Source: Octopus sinensis
Lineage: Eukaryota
Length of the DNA stretch: 64,000 bases
NCBI RefSeq assembly: GCF_006345805.1
Contig: NC_042999.1
Coordinates: forward strand, 67,022,001-67,086,000
Direction of reading: 5' to 3'
Shown piece by piece: positions 51,671-64,000 of the stretch. How positions within the stretch are numbered: position 1 is the first letter of the stretch; every line of letters starts with the position of its first letter. Both the position numbers and the translations under genes were made by a program. The notes under the pieces are model-generated. The model made no database searches. It saw nothing but the letters and a program-made list of their open reading frames with translations, and was not told where the DNA came from.

Positions 51671-52882
51671 AGCGATGTGTTTTGTCCAACGCAAATGTGT
51701 GTGTGTGCACGTGAGTAAGTATGTTGATGTGTGTGTTTGTATGCGAATGTTGGTGTTTCTTTTATCTTGACAGCGTGCAAGGTTTGTAAACGAGCATCAT
51801 TGTGATACAAGCTGTGCCATTCGTTTCCATCCTGCTATGAAAACATATCATATCTGACTAGGAGGAAATATTACGTTGCTTGGAAGCGCCATCTGGCCGT
51901 AGGAAATGTGCCTAAACGAATTTTACCTGACCAATACAAGCATGGCATAGTGGAGTTTGAAAAACAAAATGATGATGATGTTAACTGCCAAATTTCATTT
52001 GTCTTATACTAGTTTATTAACAACTCTAGTAGAATACACTTGCTCCAATGTGCTGTAAAGTAGGATTGAACCCAAACCACAAGGCTGTGAAGCAAACTTC
52101 TTAACTATTTATCTTTGTCTGAACCTTTTTCTTTTTTTTTTTTGCTTTTGTTTGTTTTCTTATTTTTTTAAATCTGCGTTTTTGAAATTTGACTTGGGAC
52201 TGCCAGATCAGATTGGAGCCTGGTGCAGCCATCTGGCTCACCAGTCCCCAGTCAAACCATCCTACCCATGCCAGCATGGAAAGCGGACGTTAAACGATGA
52301 TAATGATGATGATCGTGGTGCTGAGATTCAAGCATGACTATGTGTTAATAGGTTTGCTTCTCAACCACATGGCTCTGGATTTAGTTCCACTGGGTGGAAC
52401 CTTTAGCAAGTATAATCTGCTCTAGCTTCAGGCAACCAATGCCTTGAGATAAACAGCACATGACCTTGCAGGTGGGGTCCAGTTAGTATTTTCTTCAGGT
52501 CGAGTAGCCCATCGCAATCAAAAGGTCCTTGAATAAGGGTTGTTTAATGGTGTTGAATGAAACACCCATGTTTCCAAAGATGAATTATCCAAACCCCAAA
52601 GAATTCCTCTCAACACATGGCTATGATGCTCCCCCACTACTTCTGCTCGTGATCAGAGATGCACATATCGCCAGCCATTAAGGAACATGCTCAACTGGTT
52701 AAAGTCAAACAACTGACAAGCAAATCTGTGGTATTGAGCAGAATATTTTCTGTAGTTCATCTTTTATACCAAGACAAAACAATGTACATGATAATACTTC
52801 CAATCAGTTAAGATCAGAAGCCATGAGAGCCACTGTGTGGTACCACATCAGGGCATTTATTGTAGTTGTTGTTGTTGTATAA

Positions 52883-53676
52883 GGTGATGAGCCAGCAGAA
52901 TCATTAATACACTAGAGAAAATACTTAAGCAGCATTCCATCCATTTTTACATTCTGAGTTCAAATTCCACCAAATTTGCCTTTCATCCTTTCAGGGTTGA
53001 TGAAATAAGCACCAGTTGAGCACTGGGGTTGATAAGCAGCTAGTTTCCTGCTCAAAAATTTCAGGCCTTGTGTCTACAGTAGAAAAGATTATTATCATTA
53101 TTATAATATATCAGGTGGCAAACTGGCAGAACCATTAGCACACCAGACAAAATGCTTAGTAGCATTTCTTCCAGCTCTACATACTAAGTTCATATTCTGT
53201 TGAGGTTGGCTCTGCTTTCCATCCTTTTGGGGTTGATAAAATAAAAAACCAGTTGAGTACAAGAGTTGATATAGTCAACTAACACCATTCCCCAAAATTT
53301 CTTGCCTTGTGCTTATAGTAAAAAATTTATTATTATTATTATCATTCAGTAGTTTTATTTTTATAACGTACTTTCACTTCACTACCGAGCACAGCTCTGT
53401 TTGCCTTGGGTATGTGCTGTGATTTGTTGTGATGCTCTGATGGTTACTGTATTGAAAGTGTTCTGCGTAGGATGTGTGCAGTGCCTAGTAGTGCAATTTT
53501 CTGTATGTTATATGTGTTTGTAAGTCCTGGTGTATTTGTTATGTATTTATCTGAATATTTTTTTATCATGCCTAATGCACCTACTATGATAGGAATCGTT
53601 TCTAGTTTTAGATTCCACATTCTAGTCACCTCTATTTCCAGGTCTATTATTATTTTTATTATTATCATTATTATTG

Positions 53677-53738
<62 letters not shown>

Positions 53739-54195
53739 TATAAAGTGGTGAGCTGGCAGAATCGTTAGAATGCCAGGTGAAATGCTTTGTGGTATTTCGT
53801 CCTTCTTTCCATTCTGAGTTCAAATTCCAGTGAGGTTGACTTTGCCTTTCATTCTTTCAGGGTTGATGAAATAAGCACCAGTTGAAAACTAGGGCTGATG
53901 AAATTGCCTAGCCCCCTCCCCTCAAATTTAGGGCCTTGTGCTAATAGTAGAAAGTTTTGTTATTATTATTATTATTATTTATAGGTGGTAAACTGGCAGA
54001 ATCATTAATATGCCAAGCAAAATGCTCAGCAGCATTTCATCTGTTTACACATCCCGAGTTCAAATTCTGCCAAGGTCAACTTTGCCTTTCATCCTCTCAA
54101 GGTCAATAAAATAAGCACCCATTGAGCACTGGGGTCAATGTAACCAACTTACCCCCTCTCCCAAACTTGCTGGCCTTGTGTCAAAATTTGAAACC
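52883..54195 (+). mobile_element. Four head-to-tail SINE family B copies separated by (TTA)n
   Basis: Starts at ~52883, 53113, 53745 and 53983, each preceded by att/gtt repeats. Confidence 0.8.
53345..53646 (-). mobile_element. R4/Dong-clade LINE 3' fragment (restriction-like endonuclease end plus 3' UTR) in (TAA)n
   Basis: DLEIEVTRMW..IPIIVGALG..IQKIALLGTAHILRRTL*, flanked on both sides by TTA repeats. Confidence 0.8.
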
Positions 54196-55554
54196 ATTAT
54201 CATAATTGTTTATGATTGAGTGTTAAGTTATACAATCAATGTGTATCGTACAAGGGTGACACATTAATATCAAGATTGTGTTAACAAGTTGTGCCCAGTG
54301 TCAAAACTGTTGAAAGCAGCATCAGCTTTCTGGTGGATGTAGTTATGATGGAATGTTTCACTAACAGAATGCTGGATCTCAAGGAATTTATCAAAAGTCA
54401 TTTTGATTCTTTGGACTATTATCCTCATCTAATATGTTACTATTTTTACCTGCTAAATCTCTGGTGATCAGGAGATGAATTAGCAGAGTCATTAGACCAT
54501 AAAAACAGCTTGCTGCTTATAATTCAAAGCTATGCACTCCAATGTCAAATCCTGCCAAGGGTAGCTTTGCTTTTCATTCTTCTGGGGTTTATCAAAAAGG
54601 TACAAATCCAGACCAGTGGATTGGTGGAACTACAAGATGGTTTGGAGTATTTGTTCTGGATCTTTGCATTCTGAGTTCAAATAATGTCATTACCTACACA
54701 GATGGTAGATTTTGACCATGACTTGGTTTAACACTACAATCATACACATTAGGTGCCTTCAGCAGAGTTTGCTTTGTTATAAGCTTTTGGAACAGAGTCC
54801 AGTCACAGGATACTTTCCTCCCTCCCTCCCACTTATCTCAGAGGCTCTTTAAAAGCTCATAATTACTGCCTTCCATCCAAACTGAAAGATAAAAGAAAAC
54901 TCTGGTGTCTTATTCTTGGATGTATACATAGTACCTGACTAGATTCTTAACCATTATTTCTTTAGAAAAAAGATTCCAATTTCAAATCCAATCAGGTGTT
55001 ATGTACACATCCTGGAATAAGATAACTGACAACAATGAAAGATCAAACCAATTGAAATGTAATGTAGATTTAAATATTAAAATATTATTTTATCTCTAAA
55101 GTTGAGGTTAATAGTCTGAAAATTTCTAAATAAATGTATTTATAGATTTCATTATAAACTCCTTAACACAGCTCTATTTGCACAATCTATTTACATACAG
55201 ATAGACAGATATATATATATACTTAGCTCTAGTCTTTTAATATAATAACTTTCACATCTAGAATGTATTATAGGAATATTAAAATAAAATGTAGTGGGAA
55301 TCATCTAATGTCACTATTCATTAGAATATAGCCCACATAATTAACAACATCTGACCAACCATGACTTTGTATGGAATGGGCTCCAATGACAATCTTGTTG
55401 ATAAACACAATTTTATTCTTTTATTTTTTTGCTTGTTTCAGTCATCTGACTGAGGCCACGCTGGAGCACCGCCTTGAAGGGTTTTAACTGAACAAATCGG
55501 CCCCAGAACTTATCTTTTGGTGCTCTTCCTTTTGAGCCTATCAACCAGTATTAC

Positions 55555-55680
55555 TTCAACGCACTGTGACTAGTAGAAAGACAGCTTTGAGCTGAAGCAG
55601 AGAGAGCATTGACAGACACTGGAGGAGATGGCCAACAGAGGCAGTGGACACCAGCTGATAACACAGAGGCAATGAACAGT
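55555..55680 (+). mobile_element. Degraded RTE-like LINE ORF end
   Basis: QRTV.. and QTLEEMANRG..W-type fragments in shifted frames. Confidence 0.3.
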
Positions 55681-56411
55681 CACAGGACGAAATCAGTAGC
55701 CAGCAAGCATCTAAAAACACTTTATCTGTTGCTACAACTACACCAAGAACAATAGTATTCAAAATTCTCTCAGCGTTTTGTCATTTGTAGCAACAACATT
55801 TGTTTTTTGCTCAGGCATAGCTGTGTGGTAAATAGCTTGCTTACCAACCACATGGTTCCAGGTTCAGTCCTTCTGTGTGGCACCTTGGGCAAGTGTATTC
55901 TACTACAGCCTCAGGTCGACCAAACCCTTGTGAGTTGATTTGGTAGAGAGAAATTGAAAAAAGCCCATCATATGTGTGTGTGTATGCATGTATTTATCCA
56001 TGTGTGTGTGTCTTTCTGTCTGTGTTTGTCCTCCAATCACCACTTGACAGCTGGTGTTGATGTGTTTACGTCCCAGTAACTTAGCAGTTTGGCAAAAAGA
56101 GACTGACAGAATAAGTATTAGGCTTAAGAAATAAGTCCTGGGGGCGATTTGTTTCACTACAACCCTCCAAGGCGGTGCTCTAGCATGGCCACAGTCAAAT
56201 GATTGAAACAAATAAAAATTTTGTTCATCAAAATTTCCAACAGACTCCAGTGTTCTTCTTTGAACAAAAATAATATCAGCCATGAATTTGAAACCTGACT
56301 GGTATTTTATCTCAGCATCTCTGGAAAGATGAAGATACAGAAGCTGACTTAAACAGTACTTTAACTCAGAATGTAAGGAGGTGTAAGGCATTTTGTCCAA
56401 GGTTAATTACC

Positions 56412-56778
56412 TCTATATATATAAACGGCAAAATGTCAGTCTGTGTGTGTGTCCTTTATACAAATCCACAATTTTTCAGTTAGAGGGCTCGCACTTTCTA
56501 TGGTCATTCAGAACCATCCAAGGGTGGTCGTGCACATCTTTACATTTCCCCAGTCACACCGCAAAGCCATTAAAAAAATCAATAGAAGTGACTTTTTTGT
56601 GAATTTTCTATCCAAAACCCAATCAAAATGCCCGAAACTTGATACGCCAATTGAATGCCAGCTAGCTGTATGTGATTGGTCAGAGATTTGGACAGTACTC
56701 ATGTGTATGTGCGCATGCACGCAGCTGTATATGCATGCACTAGCACTATGACCAGGCAACGCCGGGTCATATTGCTAC
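56412..56778 (+). mobile_element. Non-autonomous Helitron
   Basis: 5' tctatatatataaa, subterminal hairpin ccaggcaacgccggg, 3' ctac (CTAG variant). Confidence 0.65.
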
Positions 56779-58796
56779 TTATATAATATTTTACTAACGG
56801 CATTTGTGTTAATTACTCGGTGTCCTCTGGATGGCTATTAATATAAAGGGAGGTAATTAACTCCTCACAGCATGAGGCAGAACAAGAAATTTGAATTTGA
56901 AATCAAGGAATGCAAAGAGTTTTCATATATAATGCTTAGTGGTGTTTCGTCTGTTGTTACGTTCTGAGTTCAAATTCCACCGAGGTCGACTTTGCCTTTC
57001 ATCCTCTCGGGGTTGATAAATAAAGTACCAGTTTCGCACTGGGTCGATGTAATCGACTTAATGCGTTTGTCTGTCCTTGTTTGTCCCCTCTATGTTTAGC
57101 CCATTGTGGGTAGTAAAGAAATGTATATAATTCTTTGCATCTATACTCTTTTACTCTTTTACTTGTTTCAGTCATTTGACTGTGGCCATGCTGGAGCACC
57201 ACCTTTTAGTCGAGCAAATCAACCCCAGGACTTATTCTTTGTAAGCCTAGTACTTATTCTATCGGTCTCATTTTGCCGAACCATTAAGTTACAGGGACGT
57301 GAACACACCAACACCGGTTGCCAAGCAATGGGGGGGGGGACAAACACAGATACACACACACATTACATATATATACGACGGGCTTCTTTCGATTTCCATC
57401 TACCAAATCCACTCACAAGGCTTTGTTCAGCCCGAGGCTATGGTAGAAGACACTTGCCCAAAGTACCACATAGTGGTACTGAACCCAGAGCCATATGGTT
57501 GGTAAGCAAGCTACTTACCACACAGCCACTCCTGCACTTATATGGTGAAGATTTTACAATTTCTAGTCAGTGGTAATTATGTATTGTATCAGTTTATCCT
57601 TTTTAGGAATCTTAAGCATGACTTGAGATGTAAATTTGTTAATTGGATATATATTACAAAGACAGGAATTACAGTATAATTAAATACAATGTTAATTACA
57701 GCCCAGTGGAATTTTGCAATTTTGATATAACATTGTAGGTTTAGGTTCGGTTACAAATTTTTCTGGTGATAAAGTTTACCACACATCTCTTTCGTGATAT
57801 TGCCTGGCCATTATGAAACAACCGCATTGTAACAGAAAAACAGCAGATTTGTTGTTTTCCTTTTTCATTCTTTCTTTTTTTTTTTTTTGTATGATTTTCA
57901 AAATACAAAGCTTCTTTGAATTTGACTTGTGAATTATTTGGAAACATAATATTAAATGAAAAAGAAAATAAATGATAATTTATTTATTTATTCTGCTATG
58001 CTTAATATATACTTGAATGTGAGTTATAAATATTGGTTTGGTGTCGCCTGAGAGAAATGAGCAAGATTTTGAAAGACAAAGGGTCAGAAGTACTTTATCT
58101 GATAAAGTCACAATAGCAGTTGGTCTTTGACGTTGGACTCATCAATCACCTTCATCATCATCACCAATATTTTCACCACCATCACTATCATCGTTATCAT
58201 TACTGCCACCAACCACACCACCTCCACCAACACCACCACCCTCATTATAATTAACATCGTTTCATCATCATCATCATCATCACCAGTACCAACACTGCCA
58301 CCGCCACCACCACCACCACCACCATCATCATCATCATATTATGTTTGTCTTTCTATGTTGGCATGAGTCATTCTGGTTATCATGGTTTGAATTAGTTCTT
58401 ATTCAGAGCAACTACTGTCCTAGATGGGTAGGTGGACAACTTATCATTTTCAACACCCAGATACACATTTGTATGTGTGTAAGTACACACACACACGCAC
58501 ACACACATGTGCACAGCATCATCATTTAACATCCACTTTGGGTAAGAGTTCATATGAAGCAGACTTTCTATGACTGCATGCTCTTCCTGTCACCAACCCT
58601 CATCTGTTTCCAAGCAACATAATCATTCACCATGGCCGGCCATGTCTTTTATGGAAGACTGGAAACAAATGACTTTGCTTATATGACAGTGATGCTCGTT
58701 TACAACAACCATGTAATAACTCAATAAGGATACACACACACACACATACATGCATACATACACACATACAAACATACATATATAAAATACATATAT

Positions 58797-58831
<35 letters not shown>

Positions 58832-59121
58832 CTTGAAAAAGGATGCCTGGCGTTCAATTCATATATATATGATGGGCTTTTTTCAGTTTCCGTCTACCAA
58901 ATCAACTCACAAGGCTTTGGTCGGCCCGAGGCTATAGTTGGAGACACTTGCCCAAGGTGCCACACAGAGGGACTAAACCTGGACTTCTTTCAGTTTCCAT
59001 CAAGCAAATCCACTCACAACACTTTGGTTGGCCTAGGGCTATAGAAAAAGACACTTGCCCTGAACTCAAAACCATATGGTTGTGAAGCAAACTTTTTATT
59101 ACTCTGCCATGTTTGCACCTA

Positions 59122-59924
59122 CAGTTGTGGCCAAAAGTCTGGAACATTTTTTAAAGAATTAAAATTGTTATTCCCAAATACAATTTCATTCAAATACATA
59201 CAAATGTAGAGATAGACCTACCTAATTATTTTCAGACTTATGTTCCAGACTGTTGGACAAGAAATAATTTTTTTTTACTTGTTTCAGTATTTGACTGTGG
59301 CCATGCTGGAGCACTGCCTTTAGTTGAGCAAATCAACCCCAGGACTTATTCTTTGTAAGCCTAGTACTTATTCTATTGGTCCCTTTTACCAAACCACTAA
59401 GTTACAGGGACATAAACACACCAGCATCAGTTGTCAAGCGATGTTGGAGGGACAAACACAGACACACAAACATGTACACATATATATATATACATATATA
59501 CGACAGGCTTCTTTCAGTTTCCATCTACCAAATCCACTCACAAGGCTTTGGTCAGCCAGAGGCTTTAATAGAAGACACTTGCCCTAGGTGCCATGCAGTG
59601 GGACTGAACCTGGAACCATGTGGTTTGCAAGCAAGCTACTTACCACATAGCCACTCCTACACCTATGTTGCAAATCAAAAAAACTTTAGCATTTAATATG
59701 AAAATTCTAATTTTCAAACCTATGTTCCAAAGTTTGGGCCAAGGAATATTATATAGCAAATGAAATATAACTTTGGGCATTTAATATAAAAATTCTAATT
59801 TTCAAACCTATGTTCTAAATTTGGGGCCAAGGAATAATATATAGCAAATGAAATATAACTTTGGGCATTTAATATAAAAATTCTAATTTTCAAACCTATG
59901 TTCCAAAGTTTTGGCCATGACTAT
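59122..59924. mobile_element. Tc1-type MITE with nested SINE and three ~90-bp subterminal tandem repeats
   Basis: TIRs cagttgtggccaaaagtctggaacat / atgttccaaagttttggccatgacta. Repeats at ~59690-59920. SINE at 59276-59659. Confidence 0.6.
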
Positions 59925-61794
59925 ATTCAATAAAATAAATAGTGAGCAGTCTTATCAAGTAGCATAATCCACTAGATGTAGCTAAAAGAACTTACTTTGA
60001 TCATGAACACTATAACACCTGAGTTGTCTGATAACCTAATAACACATTTATGAATAAACCATTGCTGGATGAACCAATGAAGGAACCTGTATTCAAAGAC
60101 AAAGAGTGAAGAATATCTTAAGTACCAGGAGCACATTGCAATCCTATTTGGATGCACCTCTGCTAAGAAAAACTAGGTAGAATTTAAGGAAAGTACCTCA
60201 CTCTACTCCATTACTTTTGTCTCTTGAAATTTTGTTCTTGTGAGTGGATTTGGTAGATGGAAACTGAAAGAAGCTCATTGTATATATGTATATATATATG
60301 TGTATGTGTTTGTGTGTCTGTGTTTATCCCTCCAACATCGCTTGACAACCGATGCTGGTGTGTTTATGTCCCCCGTAGCTTAGTGGTTTGGCAAAAGAGA
60401 CCAATAGAATAAGTACTAGTCTTACAAAGAATAAGTCCTGGGGTTGATTTGCTCAACTAAAGGCAGTGCTCCAGCATGGCCACAGTCAAATGACTGAAAC
60501 AAGTAAAAAAAAAATTATTTCTTGGCCAAAAGTCTGGAACATAGGTCTGATAATAATTAGGTAGGTCTTTCTCTACATTGTATATATTTGAATGAAATAT
60601 TTGTCCAGGTTTCTATTATTTAAATTTTGTAGATTATAATTCTGCAAAACAATTTGCAATTTATTTCTAAAATTTCAACTTTTAATTTTTTCTTTTTTTT
60701 TTTAACAGTTCCACCATTACAAACTTTTTTCGTCATCTCAAAGTTCACATATATTTTACCTTTTCTGACAGTTTTCGATTTTTTCTCAAAAGAGATCACA
60801 ATTCTATAGTAAAAAAAAATCTCAAATTCAATCAAATTCTTTAAAAATCTAACCCATGTTCTCTGTTTCAAAGTATGCAACCAACAGCAGCTTTTTAGCT
60901 TCTAATTTTTAGGAAACGGTTTTTTCTTCTTTGAATGCAATAAATAAATGCATGCTTAAATAAATGGTGCTTATTCTGTAATTTTGTTGGAAAAATAAGT
61001 TTACAAATTCAGTGTTATGTAGCTTATGCTAAATAAGTATTCTGGCCCAAAAGATTGAATCGGTTTTTTAATGGATTTCAAGAAAATTTTGTTGTCGAAT
61101 GATTTCAGATTTGAAATTTCTCCCGGTGGTGAGGGGTTTCATAGCCTTGGTCTAAGCCACTCATAAGACACTGCTCCTTATCAGGTGAGCTGCACAGCAA
61201 AAAACAAAACCAAAAAACCTCAAGGTAATTTTTCGTTAGGTGTACGATTTAGAATGTCTCACAGGCCACAGTTTGCCCATGATTGGAAGTGGTCATATAA
61301 TCTACAGAAAATAGCAGCCAGAACCTTTCTCAAACCATACCAGTAAGAACTTGAAAAAGGGTAAATTAAAGAAAGAAGACGTAGTTAAACTATGTCTAAA
61401 TAGAAGACGTGATGGTCATGGTTGAAACACTTTTGTTCAAAGGTCTACTTGAACAGTGCTAACTTAGAACACAATAACAAAACCAAGTCTTTTCTGAATT
61501 GGGGAAAAGATTTTTTCCCTCGCGTCATGAGTTTCCTAGTAGGGGTTATCCCCCTTACATTTGACAAAAATCTTAATAAACAATCCATTGCATTTTTTTA
61601 ATACAAACATGGGCAACTTTTTTGGAGAAGCAGACCGAATGAAATATAGCTCATCAACAGTTGAGCCGCACCACTAAAAGAAACTGAAAGTGATTTTCCT
61701 TTAGGCGTGTCATTCATAAAGACCCTCGGACTGCAATTTTCACATTACTGGAGGCAGCCTTATGGTTGTATGGTGTGACGTGAGGTAGAAGTTT

Positions 61795-62218
61795 GGATCT
61801 TTACGGTTTGAACGGCAGTTTTTAACATAATTTCTAGGTAACTAAAAAATTTTAAACTTCGTATACTCATAGAATGTGTTTATAAAACATGATTTTCTCT
61901 TGGCTTTATTGAGAAAATTCTATAGTTTGTAAGATATTTGTTGTTGTTTTTTTTTTCAATTTCTGCAATTTCAACCAATCACTGACGTCTATTGAGGTGG
62001 GAAAAAACATTCAGTGCCGTATGAATATGTCCCTCGTTTAAGAAACAGATTGGGTTTATTTACATTTGTGAAAAAAAAAAGACACCCTTCCCCCCTAACC
62101 CTAATCCTAACCCTAAAACAGACTGAAATGCAATAGATCGATACTAAGGTCATATTTATGGGTGACAATTTCATATGACACCACTAGAAAAAAACTGCCG
62201 TTCAAACCGAAAAGATCC
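61795..62218. mobile_element. Merlin-like MITE
   Basis: ~30-bp TIRs ggatcttt.cggtttgaacggcagttttt and an 8-bp TSD agaagttt (61787-61794, 62219-62226). GG termini plus 8-bp TSD fit Merlin. A second right-end fragment lies at ~62615-62669. Confidence 0.75.
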
Positions 62219-62673
62219 AGAAGTTTCACTCTCCACCAGGAATTATAAAGTTTATTAAATATTTAAGACAGCGAGCTGGCAGAATCATTAGCACACCGGA
62301 TAAAATGCTTAGTGGCAATACTTCCGTCCCTACATTCTGAGTGCTAATTCCGCCGAAGTCGACTTTGCCTTTCATCTCTTCGGAGTCGATAAAATAAGTA
62401 TTAGTTGAGTACTAGAGTTGATGCTAATCGACTAGCTCTTGTCACCCAAAATTTTAGGTCTTGTACTGACAGTAGAAATAAATACTATAAAAGAAAAACC
62501 AGCATTAGTGTTACAACTTCCCATCTCATATTAACAGGAAGAATTAGACGTGGTTTTCTTTTTCATTAAGTTTCTTGATTGGAATAGATTCGTCAATCCG
62601 GTTTCAATTCTGGGAGACAATTTCATATGACATCACTAAAAAAAACTGCCGTTCAAACCGAAAAGATCCCAAA

Positions 62674-63058
62674 TCTTTATATATAAAAGAGAGGTTGTGT
62701 GTCTGTCTCCTACGATTTAGATTCCTAACTACTCCCACATTTTGCGGTGCAGTTTAACCAAAACCGGGTATCTTATAGTCGAGCCCTTCTGGGTATTAGC
62801 GCGCGTCTACGTTGAGTCTACGATTTAAAAAAAAAATTACCATAAATTTTTCCATTTTAATGCATTTTTTCGCTATTATATAAGGGAAGTAACTCTCTAA
62901 AAATGTCTACGATGAGTCAACGATTTTTAAAAAAAAATTACCATCATTTTTTTTCCATTTTTAATGCATTTTTTGTTATTTTTTGGCTATAACTCTCTAA
63001 AAATGCTTATATAGTTATTTCCCTTACAAACTCGAGCAACGCCAGGCGATACTGCTAG
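62674..63058 (+). mobile_element. Non-autonomous Helitron
   Basis: A|TCtttatatataaaa start, subterminal GC hairpin-like segment, CTAG|T end, no TSD. Confidence 0.8.
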
Positions 63059-64000
63059 TTTCTAATAAAAAAAAAAATTGCTGGGCCATTTTGTTACCTT
63101 TACATCTCTGATGGACTTTAAATATATTTGTCTTTCATAGAACGATAAGTTAGGAATCGGAATAACGAAAACAGTTTATGCTAACAAATAAGAGCTGAGA
63201 AAAACTGGACGGAAACGAAGAGCCTATAAACATCCTGTTGCTAATATCTATCACAGTGGTATTAATCATTAAGGTTAAAGGTGGGGAACTGGTAGAATTG
63301 TTAGCAAATCGGACAAAAACGGCAGTAAGTTCAAATACTGCTAAGGTTAGTTTTACCTTTCACCCGTTTGAAATATTGGAGTCGACAGAATCGAATTCTA
63401 TCCAAAAATCTTTGGCCTTGTGTTACAATTTGAAACAATAAAACATTAATATTTGATAGTTTGTGTTCATGCGTTTACTTATTTTGATTATTTTCCACTA
63501 AGCTGCACTATTTGTTGTTTAACTGAAATTTGTGTTTAATTTTTGGTTCAGTTTTGTTGATTTTATACTCGAGTGGAGCATGAAAATATTCAGTAAACCA
63601 ATTGAAACCGACTGAAAATCTTTGTTCTACGAGGTCACCCGATTTGATTGAAACAACAACCAACTCATCCTCAAATAATACTTTATTGTTTTTGAATATA
63701 GAAAACACAGCATGGATTAGTTGTGACTTGATCGACTTTTTGATAATGCTTTCAGAACCAAGCCTTACCTGTGGTTAAATAACAATATCAGTCAACTAAA
63801 CGAATGTGTGAAGTTCTAAATAGTTACTCGCCGATGTGGTAATAGCAATAAAATCCTCCTTAAATTACGCCTTACCATCTTAAATACGATGTGTCTCAAG
63901 AAAAGACTGTATACCTGTTGACGAAAGCCTTTCCAGGGATGCTCGATCCAGACTAACTTGGGAGTAAACAAGATAGTGATGTAAAAGTAACAAGGACCAG

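Noticed and set aside
63508-63708. 66-aa ORF in unique sequence
   Set aside because: No motif, splice or homology support.

Overview
AT-rich, repeat-saturated animal genomic DNA. The SINE families and dense (TA)n/(CA)n/(CAT)n microsatellites suggest a cephalopod, probably Octopus (inference). No intact host protein-coding gene can be supported; nearly all listed ORFs are microsatellite or SINE translations. The window is a nested mosaic of tRNA-derived SINEs (about 4 families), a (GAT)n-tailed non-autonomous repeat, degenerate mariner/Tc1 elements and MITEs, Helitrons, a Merlin-like MITE, CR1, RTE and Dong/R4 LINE fragments, and a decayed Penelope-like (GIY-YIG) element. The most notable signal is RNA-structural: about ten type I hammerhead ribozyme (HHR) motifs from several families. 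(i) A young 2.5-kb array (11122-13629) of near-identical ~490-bp non-coding units sits in (TA)n as two divergent arms. It carries five HHRs with a palindromic stem III and a long stem II extension, i.e. a retrozyme/Penelope-pLTR-like system. (ii) A tRNA-headed, SINE-like element with an HHR tail occurs in inverted arrangements, once with a 15-bp TSD. (iii) Solo pLTR-like HHR fragments abut (TA)n. (iv) A CpG-decayed long-stem-II HHR lies just downstream of the Penelope endonuclease remnant. Coordinates were counted by eye, and repeat boundaries are approximate.
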